NCBI GenBank assembly: GCA_963666975.2
Contig: CAXVYR010000004.1
Location: forward strand, 256,001 to 320,000
Reading direction: 5' to 3'
From: Terriglobia bacterium
GTDB taxonomy: Bacteria; Acidobacteriota; Terriglobia; 2-12-FULL-54-10
Length of the DNA stretch: 64,000 nt
Shown: piece by piece, positions 35,705-45,707 of the stretch
Layout of the letters: every line of letters starts with the position of its first letter
Position numbering within the stretch: position 1 is the first letter of the stretch
Made by a program: the position numbers and the translations under genes
The notes under the pieces: generated by a model
What the model was told of the DNA's origin: nothing
The model's database searches: none
Seen by the model: only the letters and a program-made list of their open reading frames with translations

Positions 35705-36889
35705 ATGTCTTCCGAAGCTACACGTCTGCTGACCGGCAAGGAGCGCCGGATAACCGTCTCGCCGGAAAGAAAGAATCCGACGGTTGTCGTCGGTATGAGC
35801 GGAGGTGTGGACAGCTCCACCGCCGCGGCGGTCTTGCTCTCCCGCGACTATCCGGTGGTTGGATTGACCATGCAGCTCTGGGACCAGCGGCGTCTGGCCG
35901 AGGTGGACCCTTCCCTTCCCCAATCCGCAGAAGGCCGCTGCTGCTCTTTGAACGACGTCTATGACGCGCGCCGCGTCGCCGAGCAGCTGGACATCCCGTA
36001 TTACGTGGTGAACTTCCAAAAGCAGTTCGAGAAGGCGGTCGTGCAGCCCTTCGTCTCCGAGTACATGGAAGGCCGCACCCCTATCCCGTGCACGCTTTGC
36101 AATAACCACGTCAAGTTTGATCAGTTGCTGGTCACCGCCCGGCAGATCGGAGCCGAACTGCTGGCGACCGGGCATTATGCACGCGTCGAGTTTGACGCGG
36201 CACGGGAACGTTACCTGCTGCGAAGAGCCGTGGATGAGACCAAGGACCAATCCTATTTTCTCTTCGGGCTTACACAGGAGCAGTTGAGCCGCACGCTGTT
36301 TCCCCTGGGCTCCTTGCGCAAGCAGCAGGTCAGGCAGTTGGCCACCGAGCACCATCTGCCGGTAGCCGGGAAGCCGGAGAGCCAGGAGATTTGTTTTGTG
36401 CCGGGCGGAGACTACACACGGTTCCTGGAAGCATACCAGCGCGAGCAAGGAACCCCGCTTTCGCAAATAGACGGAGAAATCACCTCCACCGACGGGAAGG
36501 TGCTGGGCCGCCACAGCGGTCTGCACCAGTTCACCGTGGGTCAGCGCAAGGGACTGGGCCTGGCCACGGGCAGCCCGCTCTATGTGCTCTCCCTCGACAC
36601 TGCCAATCGGAGGGTGGTGGTCGGAGAAGACCGGGAACTGCTCACCGAGACATGCCTCGTGCGGGATTGCAATTGGATCGCCGTGGAGATGCCAACAGCC
36701 GGGCTGCGCGTGGAGACGAAAATCCGTCACCAGCACACCCCTGCCCCGGCCACGCTGTACCCGGAAGGAGACACCGTGCGGGTGCAGTTCGACGTCCCGC
36801 AGAGAGCCGTCACACCGGGCCAAGCGGCTGTGTTTTATCAGGATGATCTGGTAATCGGCGGCGGGTGGATTATGGATCGGACGGATTAA
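35705..36889 (+). CDS. mnmA: tRNA 2-thiouridylase MnmA
   Basis: MSGGVDSS, TPIPCTLCN, ATGHYA, KDQSYFL, ESQEICF, TVGQRKG, TPGQAAV. Confidence 0.97.
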   Translation: MSSEATRLLTGKERRITVSPERKNPTVVVGMSGGVDSSTAAAVLLSRDYPVVGLTMQLWDQRRLAEVDPSLPQSAEGRCCSLNDVYDARRVAEQLDIPYYVVNFQKQFEKAVVQPFVSEYMEGRTPIPCTLCNNHVKFDQLLVTARQIGAELLATGHYARVEFDAARERYLLRRAVDETKDQSYFLFGLTQEQLSRTLFPLGSLRKQQVRQLATEHHLPVAGKPESQEICFVPGGDYTRFLEAYQREQGTPLSQIDGEITSTDGKVLGRHSGLHQFTVGQRKGLGLATGSPLYVLSLDTANRRVVVGEDRELLTETCLVRDCNWIAVEMPTAGLRVETKIRHQHTPAPATLYPEGDTVRVQFDVPQRAVTPGQAAVFYQDDLVIGGGWIMDRTD

Positions 36890-36898
36890 TATTTGAAG

Positions 36899-37699
36899 TT
36901 AAGCGGGTTGTGCCCAGGAACCCAGAAGATAATTCCCCGCAGTCTCAGAAAATTCAAATCCTGTGACTACTAGCCCATCCGTGAACGCCTGCTGGAATTG
37001 GCGGCGCAGATCCGGCTGAATCGTCGCTGCCGAGCTACTCTCCTCGCCGCCACTTTTGCCAACTCCAATCGGTACGGCGATCCTGCGTTCGGGCGGGTTG
37101 CGGGGTTCGGTTTCCCCCTCAACTCGCGCGGTCACTTGCGGCGACTCAAGCCACCACTCCGCCACCAGCCGGTCCGTCGGAATCCCCCTGTGCAAGGGAC
37201 TGGAACTAATGCCGTAATGATTGATCAGGTAGCGCCGCGCGATGGCGCCTAGCCGTTCCAGGTTGAGGTGGGCGTTGTACAGCTCCAAAGGGTCGAAGGT
37301 CCATTCGATCAAACCAATCCCTCTTGACAGAGCCTCTCTGCGCTGCTCAAGCTTCAAGCGCCGTCCGAGCCCCTGCCTGCGAAATTCGGGCAGCACCCCG
37401 AGCATATGCGAGTGCAGATAGACCGCAGAACCCTTCAGCGCGGGCACTGCCAGACAAAAGCCCGCCATCCGCCCCGAAGGGTCGAAGCCGCCGAAAATCT
37501 GGCCTTCGATCTTGCTCGCGACCACAAAGAACCGCAGCGGCACCAGGTCTTTGTCTTCAAATCCCCATACGGACTGCTGCACGGCCACGCATTGACCGAA
37601 ATCATCCAGCGATTCGCAGCGCCGAATTATCAATTCAACGCCCAATTCAGGAAGGTGTCCCAAACTCAGTTGCAGGTTGGGACGGCGGGTTGAGTTCAT
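36899..37699 (-). CDS. GNAT family acyltransferase (COG3375-like); N-terminus supplied by the IS256 end
   Basis: LHSHMLGV, GLGRRLK, WTFDPL..NA.LN, PTDRLVAEW. Confidence 0.85.
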   Translation of the reverse strand: MNSTRRPNLQLSLGHLPELGVELIIRRCESLDDFGQCVAVQQSVWGFEDKDLVPLRFFVVASKIEGQIFGGFDPSGRMAGFCLAVPALKGSAVYLHSHMLGVLPEFRRQGLGRRLKLEQRREALSRGIGLIEWTFDPLELYNAHLNLERLGAIARRYLINHYGISSSPLHRGIPTDRLVAEWWLESPQVTARVEGETEPRNPPERRIAVPIGVGKSGGEESSSAATIQPDLRRQFQQAFTDGLVVTGFEFSETAGNYLLGSWAQPA

Positions 37700-39099
37700 A
37701 TTACGCCACTTTCTCCTTGTGAGAGGAAGCAGCGTTTGGACTTCGGCCGAGAATCGATGCCAAAGCCCAGAGATCGTGATAACCCATGATCTTCCGGAAA
37801 TTCTTCTCGGTCAGCAGAAACGCTCCTGCCACCCAGCGCAACGTCATCTCGCCGTCGCGCCAGCGGCAAACATTGCCAGTCTTTTTCCGCACGCCCGACT
37901 GCGGGCTCTCGATGAGGTTCGTGGTTGCCAGGCAGCGGTGGAGGCTGGGAGGAACGTCGGCTCGATTGATCGTAAAGGTCTCCTCCAACCCTTCGCGCAA
38001 GCTGGCGGCTGCTGCCGGATGATCGCACTCGATCATCCCAGCGAGCTTTTTTATGCGCACGATGCCTTCCTCGGCTTGGGGCAATCGCCAGGCGGCGCGC
38101 ATCAGCGACCGCACCTGATTCGCCAGCATTTTGTCGCCCTTTGGTAACCGCTCAGCCACGTTGCGCAGCTTATGAGTACGGCAACGCTGCACCAGCTGAT
38201 TGCTGCCGAATACTTCCTCGATCCCCGCGCGGAGCGCTTTGGCGCCGTCGATCACAAACAGATAGCGCTGATCCGTGCGCAAACCTTGCTGGCGCAGGCG
38301 GGTGAGAAGGTCTTTCACCGCAGCGGCGTTTTCGGTCGCGCCCAGTTGAATCCCCAGCACATGCTTGCGGCCCTCGATGTCCACGCCCACGGCGCTGATG
38401 ACGTGGTGGGAGCCGAACCGCATTCCGTCCAGGTAAATCACCAGAATCTCGACCTCCTCCCAGCGCCGCGCCAACAGTTCTTCCAGCCGCCGCGCTCCTT
38501 GCTCGGCCGCTTCCCGGCTCACCTGAGACTTCGACACCCCAGCGCTGTTGGCCATCTCCGGGATCACCTCGCGGTAGTTCCGCGTCGAAACCCCTTTCAA
38601 CAGTGCCACGAACATCTCCTCGCCCGTCTTCTCGCTTTTCCGCAGTGCTTCGTAGGCCGGCACCGCTTCTTCCCCTCCGCCCTTCCGGCGCAGCCGGGGC
38701 CGCTCCACCCGCAGCTGGCGATCGGCCAGTTTCACCCTCCCCAATTGCCGGCCATGCCAGCGCACCTCTCCGCTCGCCTTCCCGGGACTCTTTGGCCCCG
38801 CGATTTGCTCTGCGCTCATGCTCAGAATCGTTTCAATCAAACCTCGCCCGGCCCGATCAATCACCTCATCCACCGCCAGACGCGCCTCCGTGATCAGATC
38901 CACCACCGGCAACAGCATCTGTCCGTTGGTTTGGCAAAACTTCTGGATGGTTTCTTCGGCTCCCTTGGAACCCAGTTCCAAAACGTGATATTTTCCCTTC
39001 ATTCGGCGGTTCTCCTTCTATAGGATTTAGGCTTGGCCCGATTCTATTCGATTCGGGCCGAACCGCCGTTCAACCTTCAACTATGTATGGGACACCCTC
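37651..39099 (-). mobile_element. Complete IS256-family insertion sequence
   Basis: About 40-bp imperfect IRs (GAAGGTGTCCCAAA.. / GAGGGTGTCCCATA..); perfect 8-bp TSD CAATTCAG at 37643-37650 and 39100-39107. Confidence 0.95.
37701..39002 (-). CDS. IS256 (mutator) family transposase
   Basis: GVSTR, YLDG, VIDGAKAL, QRCRTHK, TTNLIES. Confidence 0.95.
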   Translation of the reverse strand: MKGKYHVLELGSKGAEETIQKFCQTNGQMLLPVVDLITEARLAVDEVIDRAGRGLIETILSMSAEQIAGPKSPGKASGEVRWHGRQLGRVKLADRQLRVERPRLRRKGGGEEAVPAYEALRKSEKTGEEMFVALLKGVSTRNYREVIPEMANSAGVSKSQVSREAAEQGARRLEELLARRWEEVEILVIYLDGMRFGSHHVISAVGVDIEGRKHVLGIQLGATENAAAVKDLLTRLRQQGLRTDQRYLFVIDGAKALRAGIEEVFGSNQLVQRCRTHKLRNVAERLPKGDKMLANQVRSLMRAAWRLPQAEEGIVRIKKLAGMIECDHPAAAASLREGLEETFTINRADVPPSLHRCLATTNLIESPQSGVRKKTGNVCRWRDGEMTLRWVAGAFLLTEKNFRKIMGYHDLWALASILGRSPNAASSHKEKVA

Positions 39100-39149
39100 C
39101 AATTCAGCGTCCAATTCAATGCCGAGTTCGGTTTCACTTCTCTTCACTG

Positions 39150-40040
39150 TCAACGGCCAACTGGCTCTTCTGCTTCCTTGGCACGCTCCCAGAGCGCATC
39201 CATCTGTTCGAGCGTCGCTTCCCGGGGCAAAGCGCCATTTTTTTTCAACTCGGCCTCCATCCATTGGAAGCGGCGGCGGAACTTTCGGTTCGTTCTCCGC
39301 AGGGCGCTCTCCGGATCGACCTTGAGAAAACGTGCTACGTTCACTGCCGTAAACAGCAGGTCTCCCACCTCTTCTTCCACTCTCACCCTAGCAGGAGCAC
39401 CGGGAGGCTTTTTCTTTCCGGAACCCTTCTCTTCTTCTTTCTCCTTCTCCGCTGCTTTCTCCAACTCCGCCGTAACCGCACGGAGTTCCCCCATCTCCTC
39501 CTGCAGCTTGTCCAGCAGGTCCTCCAACCGCCTCCAATCGAAGCCGACATGCGCCGCGCAGGAACTCAACTGCTGCGCTTCCATCAAGGAAGGAATGCGC
39601 GAAGAAACCCCGTCAAGCTGCGACTCCGGCGGGCGGTAGGATTGCCCTTGTTCCTCCGCTCTCTTCCGTTTTTCCTCGGCCTTCAAAACTTCCCATTTCC
39701 GAAGCACATCGGCCGACGTTGCTGCCCGCGCATCCCCGAACACGTGCGGGTGGCGGCGAACCATCTTGGTATGAACTCGTTCAATAACGTCTTCGATCGT
39801 AAAGCGCCGGTCTTCGGAAGCCATTTGGGCAAAAAAGACAATCTGCAGCATCAGATCGCCCAACTCGCCGGCCAGCTCGTCCCAATCCCGATTGTCAATG
39901 GCATCCACCACCTCGTAGGTCTCTTCGAGAAGAAAGGGCTTGATCGTGTCGTAGGTCTGTTCGCGGTCCCAGGGACAGCCGCCGGGGCCGCGGAGTTGCG
40001 CCATCAGTTCAACTAATTTTGGAAACAGAGTATCTGCCAT
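39150..40040 (-). CDS. mazG: Nucleoside triphosphate pyrophosphohydrolase MazG
   Basis: GCPWDREQT, EETYEV, ELGDL, RRHPHVFG, GFDW, EEEVGDLLF. Confidence 0.96.
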   Translation of the reverse strand: MADTLFPKLVELMAQLRGPGGCPWDREQTYDTIKPFLLEETYEVVDAIDNRDWDELAGELGDLMLQIVFFAQMASEDRRFTIEDVIERVHTKMVRRHPHVFGDARAATSADVLRKWEVLKAEEKRKRAEEQGQSYRPPESQLDGVSSRIPSLMEAQQLSSCAAHVGFDWRRLEDLLDKLQEEMGELRAVTAELEKAAEKEKEEEKGSGKKKPPGAPARVRVEEEVGDLLFTAVNVARFLKVDPESALRRTNRKFRRRFQWMEAELKKNGALPREATLEQMDALWERAKEAEEPVGR

Positions 40041-40109
40041 CGTGAAGCTTGAAAACCTCCTGTGCTTCCCTCTCGTCTCCGTCTGGCTTCTCGTCTCGGT
40101 CTGGCGTCG

Positions 40110-40859
40110 TCAAGCACCCGCACCGGCTGGAGATGCAGCAGCTAGAAAGGCCTCCACAGACCGGTTGAAGCTTTCTTCTTGCTCCACCATCGGGTAGTGA
40201 CCGCTGGGAGTCAGGATTTCCAGCCGCGCCCCGGCGATCCCCTTTGTCATAAACTCGGCAAACTTCTGCGGCGCCATGCGGTCTTCGCTTCCGCCGACTA
40301 CCAAAACGGGAGTTCGGATCTCCGGCAGACGAGCCATTACGTCAAAATTATTATTCGCCTGAAAATCCGCATAGGTAGCTTGCGCGCTGGCTTGTCCGGT
40401 CCGTTCCCGAACCCATTGAACCACCGCCGGTGGCATGGACGGGTGAACCATCTGCTCGACCGCGATGATGTGCGTGGCGGATGGAATTTGGTTTCCATGA
40501 GCTTCGGCGGTCTGCCGCGCCTGCTCCAAAAATTCCGGGCGCATCTTCATCCGTGCCCCGGTAGCCACCAAGACTAATCCCTGCACGCGGTCCGGATGAT
40601 CGAGCGCCAGGATCAAGGCCACCGCTCCTCCCATGGAGTGGCCGGCGATCACCGCGCGTGACACCCCTTGCTGATCCATGATGCGGCAAACTTCCGCCGC
40701 GTTGTTTTCATGGCGGTCCATTCCCGCCTCACTGGTCCGGGCCCCGTGTCCGGGCAGATCGATGGCCAGCACACGGTGTGTTTTGGCAAAATACTCCCTC
40801 TGCTTCTCCCAAACGGCGGCGCTGTCGCCCGCTCCGTGAATCAGGACCAAATCTGCCAT
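40110..40859 (-). CDS. Alpha/beta fold hydrolase
   Basis: IHGAG, DLPGHG, GHSMGG, GSEDRM, GHYPM. Confidence 0.92.
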   Translation of the reverse strand: MADLVLIHGAGDSAAVWEKQREYFAKTHRVLAIDLPGHGARTSEAGMDRHENNAAEVCRIMDQQGVSRAVIAGHSMGGAVALILALDHPDRVQGLVLVATGARMKMRPEFLEQARQTAEAHGNQIPSATHIIAVEQMVHPSMPPAVVQWVRERTGQASAQATYADFQANNNFDVMARLPEIRTPVLVVGGSEDRMAPQKFAEFMTKGIAGARLEILTPSGHYPMVEQEESFNRSVEAFLAAASPAGAGA

Positions 40860-40883
40860 CTCTCACCTCTTTTTTCCCTTTGG

Positions 40884-42563
40884 TTAATTTGCCTTGGACC
40901 CGGCGGACAAGTTTTCTTCTGCCTTCAATTTGCTTGCGATCTGCGCCCGCAGGTCTTTCTTCGACACCTTCCCCACGCTAGTCATCGGAAACGCCTCGAC
41001 AATTTCCAGCCGCTCCGGCAACTTGAATTTAGCGATTCTTTTGCCCAGCAAAAAGCGGATCAGTTCTTCCAATGTCAGTTTGCAGCCCGCCCGGAGGATG
41101 ACAAACGCGCAGGTTCGTTCCCCCATGATGGGATCGGGCATAGCCACAACGGCGACGTTCAGGACGCCCTCATGCGAAAGGACCAGATTCTCCACCTCTT
41201 CGGCGCTGATTTTTTCACCACCCCGGTTAATCATGTCTTTCCTGCGGCCTTCGACCACAAGGTTGCCGCTCGGATGCATGCGGACCATGTCGCCCGTCGC
41301 GTAAAAACCATCAGGGGTGAAGGCCACGCGGTTATGCTCCTCGGCCTTATAATACCCGCGGATCGTGTACGGTCCCCGGGTGAGCAACTCACCCACCTCG
41401 CCGTGTGGAACTTCTTTTCCCTCCTCATCCACCACTTTAATTTCCTCTGCTGGAGAGGCCGGGCGTCCTTGCGTCTGCTGAATCACTTCCCTCGGATCAT
41501 CGGGCCGCGTCAGGTTGACCAAGCCTTCCGCCATGCCAAAGGCGTGGCCGGGAGTCGCAAAATCCCAAGCCGCCCACGCTCGGTCCACCAACTCCGGAAG
41601 CATTTTCTGGCCGCCCACGAAGATCAACCGCAACGAGCGAAGATCGTATTTCGTTCTGTGCGGCGAATTCAGCAATGTGATCAGCAATGCGGGACTGAGG
41701 GGCAGGAAGGTTGCCTTGTGTGTTTGAATGGCCTGGAAAATCTTTTCCGGGTCCGCCGAAGGGCACATCGCCACGCTGCCGCCAATCGCCACGGCTCCAA
41801 CCATCCCCGGCGCCACCAGCGGAAAATTGTGGGCGGCGGGAATCACAACCAGCAAGACCATTTCTTGATCGCAGCGCAGCACCGCGGCGCATTGCCGGGC
41901 ATTATAGATATAGTCGGCGTGGGTTCGCGGAATCAGCTTGGGAATTCCCGTCGTCCCTCCGGAGAGCAGAAACAAGGCAACGTCAAAAGGGTCGGGGCGA
42001 TACTGCGCCAGGAAATCCGGGGGAACCGTAGTTTCGGACGGCTCGGTCAGCCACGGCTCGGCATACGCTACGCCAGCCTCCGTTCCCTCCCCCACAGCGA
42101 TTACATGTTTCAAGCTGGGAACTTCCTTTTGAATTTCTTTAGCCATCGCCAGGTAGCTAAAACCACGCAACTCCGGCACCAGGAAATATCCGGCGGCCCC
42201 GGTGAGTTGGGCAAAATAGGTCAGCTCCGTGTGGCGGTGAGGCGGGAGACACATGATGGGAATCACCCCGATCTTGTGCAGCGAAAAAAAGACCGCTGCG
42301 AACTCCCAGACATTGGGAAGCTGCAGCAGGACGATGTCGCCAGGTTTGAGACCCTGGTGGAGCAGGTGGACAGCCAGCCGCGTGGACAGCCTGCTGAGCT
42401 CGGAATAACTCACCTTACGGATGCTATCCGCTACGGCTGTCTTTTCGGGAAAAGAGCGGGCCGTGTCCTCCAGAAGCTCGCCCAGAGTTTTATTTTGCCA
42501 GTATCCCTCGCGCACGTACCGCTGGACAAATTCCTCCGGCCACGGGGTGCAACCGTCGAGCAT
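40884..42563 (-). CDS. Aryl acid adenylating enzyme (DhbE/EntE/PchD-like)
   Basis: LSGGTTGIPKLIPRTHADY, AHNFPL, FGMAEGL, FYATGD, INRGGEKI, VGKVSK. Confidence 0.92.
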   Translation of the reverse strand: MLDGCTPWPEEFVQRYVREGYWQNKTLGELLEDTARSFPEKTAVADSIRKVSYSELSRLSTRLAVHLLHQGLKPGDIVLLQLPNVWEFAAVFFSLHKIGVIPIMCLPPHRHTELTYFAQLTGAAGYFLVPELRGFSYLAMAKEIQKEVPSLKHVIAVGEGTEAGVAYAEPWLTEPSETTVPPDFLAQYRPDPFDVALFLLSGGTTGIPKLIPRTHADYIYNARQCAAVLRCDQEMVLLVVIPAAHNFPLVAPGMVGAVAIGGSVAMCPSADPEKIFQAIQTHKATFLPLSPALLITLLNSPHRTKYDLRSLRLIFVGGQKMLPELVDRAWAAWDFATPGHAFGMAEGLVNLTRPDDPREVIQQTQGRPASPAEEIKVVDEEGKEVPHGEVGELLTRGPYTIRGYYKAEEHNRVAFTPDGFYATGDMVRMHPSGNLVVEGRRKDMINRGGEKISAEEVENLVLSHEGVLNVAVVAMPDPIMGERTCAFVILRAGCKLTLEELIRFLLGKRIAKFKLPERLEIVEAFPMTSVGKVSKKDLRAQIASKLKAEENLSAGSKAN

Positions 42564-42660
42564 TCCTTGAATTCCTTTCTGCGGGTCCCTTCAGCGGGTT
42601 CTTTTCCGTGCTGGCGGGCAAGCCGGAGTCACCGGCCCGCGAAAAAGCTTTGGGGGCAAC

Positions 42661-43380
42661 TCACAGGAATCTTCGATTGGCCTTTTCGTCGGGAAGCGTC
42701 AAGCCCAATGCCAGCAATTTCTTATCTACATATCGCTTGTACTCTTGGCGGGCCTCTTCATTGGTTTTGATTTTCAGTCCCCAATAAAGAAAGCGCGGTG
42801 TCCTCTTCGATGTCGAGGTTCCGAAGGTGTCCAGGGCAGCCGGATACCATTTATAGAGCAACTCCTGAGCCTCCGCCTTCCCTTCGGGCGTCTTGCAGGT
42901 TTCCTGCAGGAAGCGATAGCCCATATCGGAATGGCCGTATTCGTCTCTTTCAATGATGGGAGCCATCCGGGCCAGCGGCAGGTAGGAGGAACTGCGCCAT
43001 TCTCCCGCATGGAAGGCTCCGTTCAAGTCCAGAAATAAATTAAAAAAATTCATGTCGGTCCAGCTGTCGCGCGACAGATGGAAGGCATAGTGCTGGAAGG
43101 GGGTATCCTTGAAGACCAAGCTCTTATCAAGCTCCATGACGAGCCGGTGAAACATGATGCAATGCTTCATCTCCTCGGCCACATAACCGGCCATGGTGAG
43201 CTTGGCTTCATCGTGGGGGGCATATTTGCCTGCATTGTCCAGCACGCTCGCGAAGAAAAGCATAAAGCTCATATTGCCGGTGCGCTCGCCCTCGTGCATC
43301 ATCATGCGAACCAGCAGATCCCTGTACTCTTCCGGCAGTGGATCGCCGATATCAAAGGTGCGGTTACAAACTTCTGTCAT
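42661..43380 (-). CDS. PaaA/PaaC-like ferritin-like diiron protein
   Basis: AP..EAK....EEMKH, DSWTD, SSYLPLAR.....DEYGH, WYPAALDTFG, WGLK..TNEE.RQ. Confidence 0.8.
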   Translation of the reverse strand: MTEVCNRTFDIGDPLPEEYRDLLVRMMMHEGERTGNMSFMLFFASVLDNAGKYAPHDEAKLTMAGYVAEEMKHCIMFHRLVMELDKSLVFKDTPFQHYAFHLSRDSWTDMNFFNLFLDLNGAFHAGEWRSSSYLPLARMAPIIERDEYGHSDMGYRFLQETCKTPEGKAEAQELLYKWYPAALDTFGTSTSKRTPRFLYWGLKIKTNEEARQEYKRYVDKKLLALGLTLPDEKANRRFL

Positions 43381-43456
43381 AGCTCCTGCTCCTTGTCTTG
43401 ATGAAGACCGCTCGAAAACGCTTCCCTGGAATTTTCTCCCGTGAAGCCGGGAAGTT

Positions 43457-43486
43457 ATTCTGTGCTGGAGTCGCCTAACGTGTCAA
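43457..43486 (-). promoter_or_regulatory. Putative sigma70 promoter of the diiron/ligase/hydrolase operon
   Basis: TTGACA-18bp-CAGAAT on the minus strand. Confidence 0.45.
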
Positions 43487-43555
43487 TATAGATCATGCCA
43501 GGGCGGAGCACTACAACCAGACGCCGGAACTTCCCCCGCTGTGGCGCAAACACCG

Positions 43556-43564
43556 TGATATAAT
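43556..43564 (+). promoter_or_regulatory. Extended -10 promoter of ssb
   Basis: TGaTATAAT. Confidence 0.6.
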
Positions 43565-43616
43565 CAGACCCGTTTTCTCAATTTTCCCAGGCGTCGCCTG
43601 GAAAGGAGCCCCGCAG

Positions 43617-44072
43617 GTGGCGAGAAGCGTCAACAAAGCAACTCTGTTAGGTCGTCTCGGCAAAGACCCTGAGCTAACCTATATTCCCTCCGGCCAGTCT
43701 GTGGCTAAGTTCACAATGGCTACCAACCGCTCTTATAAGGACAAGAGCGGGGAATGGAAAGAAGAAACGGATTGGCACAATATTGTAGCCTGGGGCAAGC
43801 TGGGCGAGATTTGCGCTCAGTATCTCGCCAAAGGCCGCCAGGCGTATGTGGAAGGCCAAATCCGGACGCGTAGCTGGGAGGACCGCGAAGGCAAGAAGCG
43901 CACCACAACTGAGATCATCGCCAATGAGGTGGTGCTCCTGGGCACTCGGGGAGAGGGCGCGCCAGAGGCAGCAAGCCATGCCGCCGGGGCCTCCCAATCG
44001 GGCGCTTCCCCGGAGGATAGTTCCGGAGGAAGCGGCTCCCCGGAAATCACCGACGACGACATACCCTTCTAG
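43617..44072 (+). CDS. ssb: Single-stranded DNA-binding protein
   Basis: SVNKATLLGRLGKDPE, TDWHNIVAW, acidic tail DDDIPF. Confidence 0.97.
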   Translation: MARSVNKATLLGRLGKDPELTYIPSGQSVAKFTMATNRSYKDKSGEWKEETDWHNIVAWGKLGEICAQYLAKGRQAYVEGQIRTRSWEDREGKKRTTTEIIANEVVLLGTRGEGAPEAASHAAGASQSGASPEDSSGGSGSPEITDDDIPF

Positions 44073-44233
44073 GATTGCCCTGGCATAGCGGGTCACTGCG
44101 TCCAGAGCGGCTGTGCACTGGGGGTGTTCCTCATTCGTCATCCCTTTGCCTTGCGAAAACAGGATGGACGGGAAATAACGCTCCATTTCCATAGCCGGGC
44201 CGGTAAGCACATCCTCGCAGGAAGGAGAGCCGG

Positions 44234-45079
44234 ATGCAGGTGCGAGAAGCGTGCGCGCCTCATTTTTACGCGGGGGATTGCGCCCGTTTAACCGGGCGTT
44301 TTCTGAAGGGGTTTTCTGTCCCGGAACATCCCTCCAAAGCGGTGGCCGGAATCGTTCCCCATGCGGGCTGGCAATACTCCGGCGCTGTGGCGGCCAAGGT
44401 CTTCAAAAGCATTCAGCAGAAGGAAAACCCGGCGACGTTTGTTATTTTTGGCGCTGCCCACAAGTGGGCGGGGCCGAATTCCGTTTATGCTCATGGGGCA
44501 TGGGCCACTCCTCTGGGAAATATCTGCATCGACGAAGATCTCGCTGCAAGAATTCTGGATGCAACGCCTGAGTGGACCGTAGAGGAGCCCAAAGCCCACA
44601 GCGGAGAACATTCCATCGAGGTGCAGTTGCCCTTCCTGAAGCATCTGTTTCCGCAAGCGAAATTGGTTCCAGTATTGGTCAATCCGGATTCCCGTGCGAT
44701 TCTCCTGGGCAAGCGGGTGGGCGAGATCCTGAAAAATTTTGAGCGTTCCGTGGCGGTGATTGGCTCTAGCGATTTGACCCATTATGGCGATGCCTATGCG
44801 TTCACCCCGGCCGGGTACGGACCCAAGGCACACCAGTGGGTTCGGGAAAACGACGCCCGGATTCTCCGCCTCGCCGAGCGGATGGCGACAGAGGAGCTGT
44901 CCCGCGAGACTGCCCGAAACCAAAACGCCTGCGGCCCGGGCGCCATGGCAGCCACGATAGCTGCAGCAGAGGTTCTGGGGGCCGAACGAGGTCACTTGGT
45001 GGAATACACGACCAGTTATGACGTTGCCGGAAAGGGCGAATTCCGGATGGCGGTAGGCTATGCGGGCCTGCTTTTTTAA
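44234..45079 (+). CDS. AmmeMemoRadiSam system protein B (MEMO1 family)
   Basis: VPHAGWQYSG, WATPLG, EHSIEVQLPFL, SSDLTHYG, ACG, VGYA. Confidence 0.92.
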   Translation: MQVREACAPHFYAGDCARLTGRFLKGFSVPEHPSKAVAGIVPHAGWQYSGAVAAKVFKSIQQKENPATFVIFGAAHKWAGPNSVYAHGAWATPLGNICIDEDLAARILDATPEWTVEEPKAHSGEHSIEVQLPFLKHLFPQAKLVPVLVNPDSRAILLGKRVGEILKNFERSVAVIGSSDLTHYGDAYAFTPAGYGPKAHQWVRENDARILRLAERMATEELSRETARNQNACGPGAMAATIAAAEVLGAERGHLVEYTTSYDVAGKGEFRMAVGYAGLLF

Positions 45080-45196
45080 GCGTGTTCTGGAATTCCTACT
45101 CAAATCCCCCATCCCACAGAACCGATTGCGCCGGAAGAACCGCACGCGGGCTTGCCCCTGAGTATGGTTTAATAGGATGGGAGGTGCAGGTTCCCA

Positions 45197-45400
45197 ATGG
45201 AATGTCCGATTTGCAAGCGAACAATGCTCTCGACAATAGGCGAGGATTCCCCTTTTTGCAGCGAACGCTGTCGTCTGATCGACCTGGGGAATTGGGCATC
45301 GGAAAGCTACAAAGTGCCGGCGCCAATCTCTGACATGGAAGAGCCTTCCTTCCACGCAGGGGAGGAAAAACCATCGCCGTCACCGGACATCCCGGAGTAA
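45197..45400 (+). CDS. yacG: DNA gyrase inhibitor YacG
   Basis: CPIC...PFCSERCRLIDLGNW. Confidence 0.92.
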   Translation: MECPICKRTMLSTIGEDSPFCSERCRLIDLGNWASESYKVPAPISDMEEPSFHAGEEKPSPSPDIPE

Positions 45401-45707
45401 ACAGCCCCGCACAAACCCGTAATGGAAACGGCGAGGCTCAAGGCGATTGAACATTGAATCTGGAAATCTATACAAGACGGTTTTATACTGAGTTATCGGC
45501 TTCTCTGCTTCCACTCTTCCTGGTGCGAGAGCCTGGGGCCGGCGGTCCGCTGCTAACGGAAAGAAAGACCCCGCAAAGGGAGAAGCCTCGAAGGCTCTGC
45601 CTCGCGCTTTCGGCCCGAGGGACAAAGAGCAATCTGTTTTTACTCTCCTCTGCCAAGTGGGCTTTGGATGACCCGGTATATTTCTCAACTTTTCCACCGG
45701 CGACCTA

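Noticed and set aside
40884-42563. Catecholate siderophore cluster
   Set aside because: No isochorismate synthase, isochorismatase/ArCP or NRPS in the window.
44234-45079. Orphan AmmeMemoRadiSam B as a novel system with ssb and yacG
   Set aside because: The partner genes are often unlinked, and the sequence gives no evidence of functional coupling beyond adjacency.
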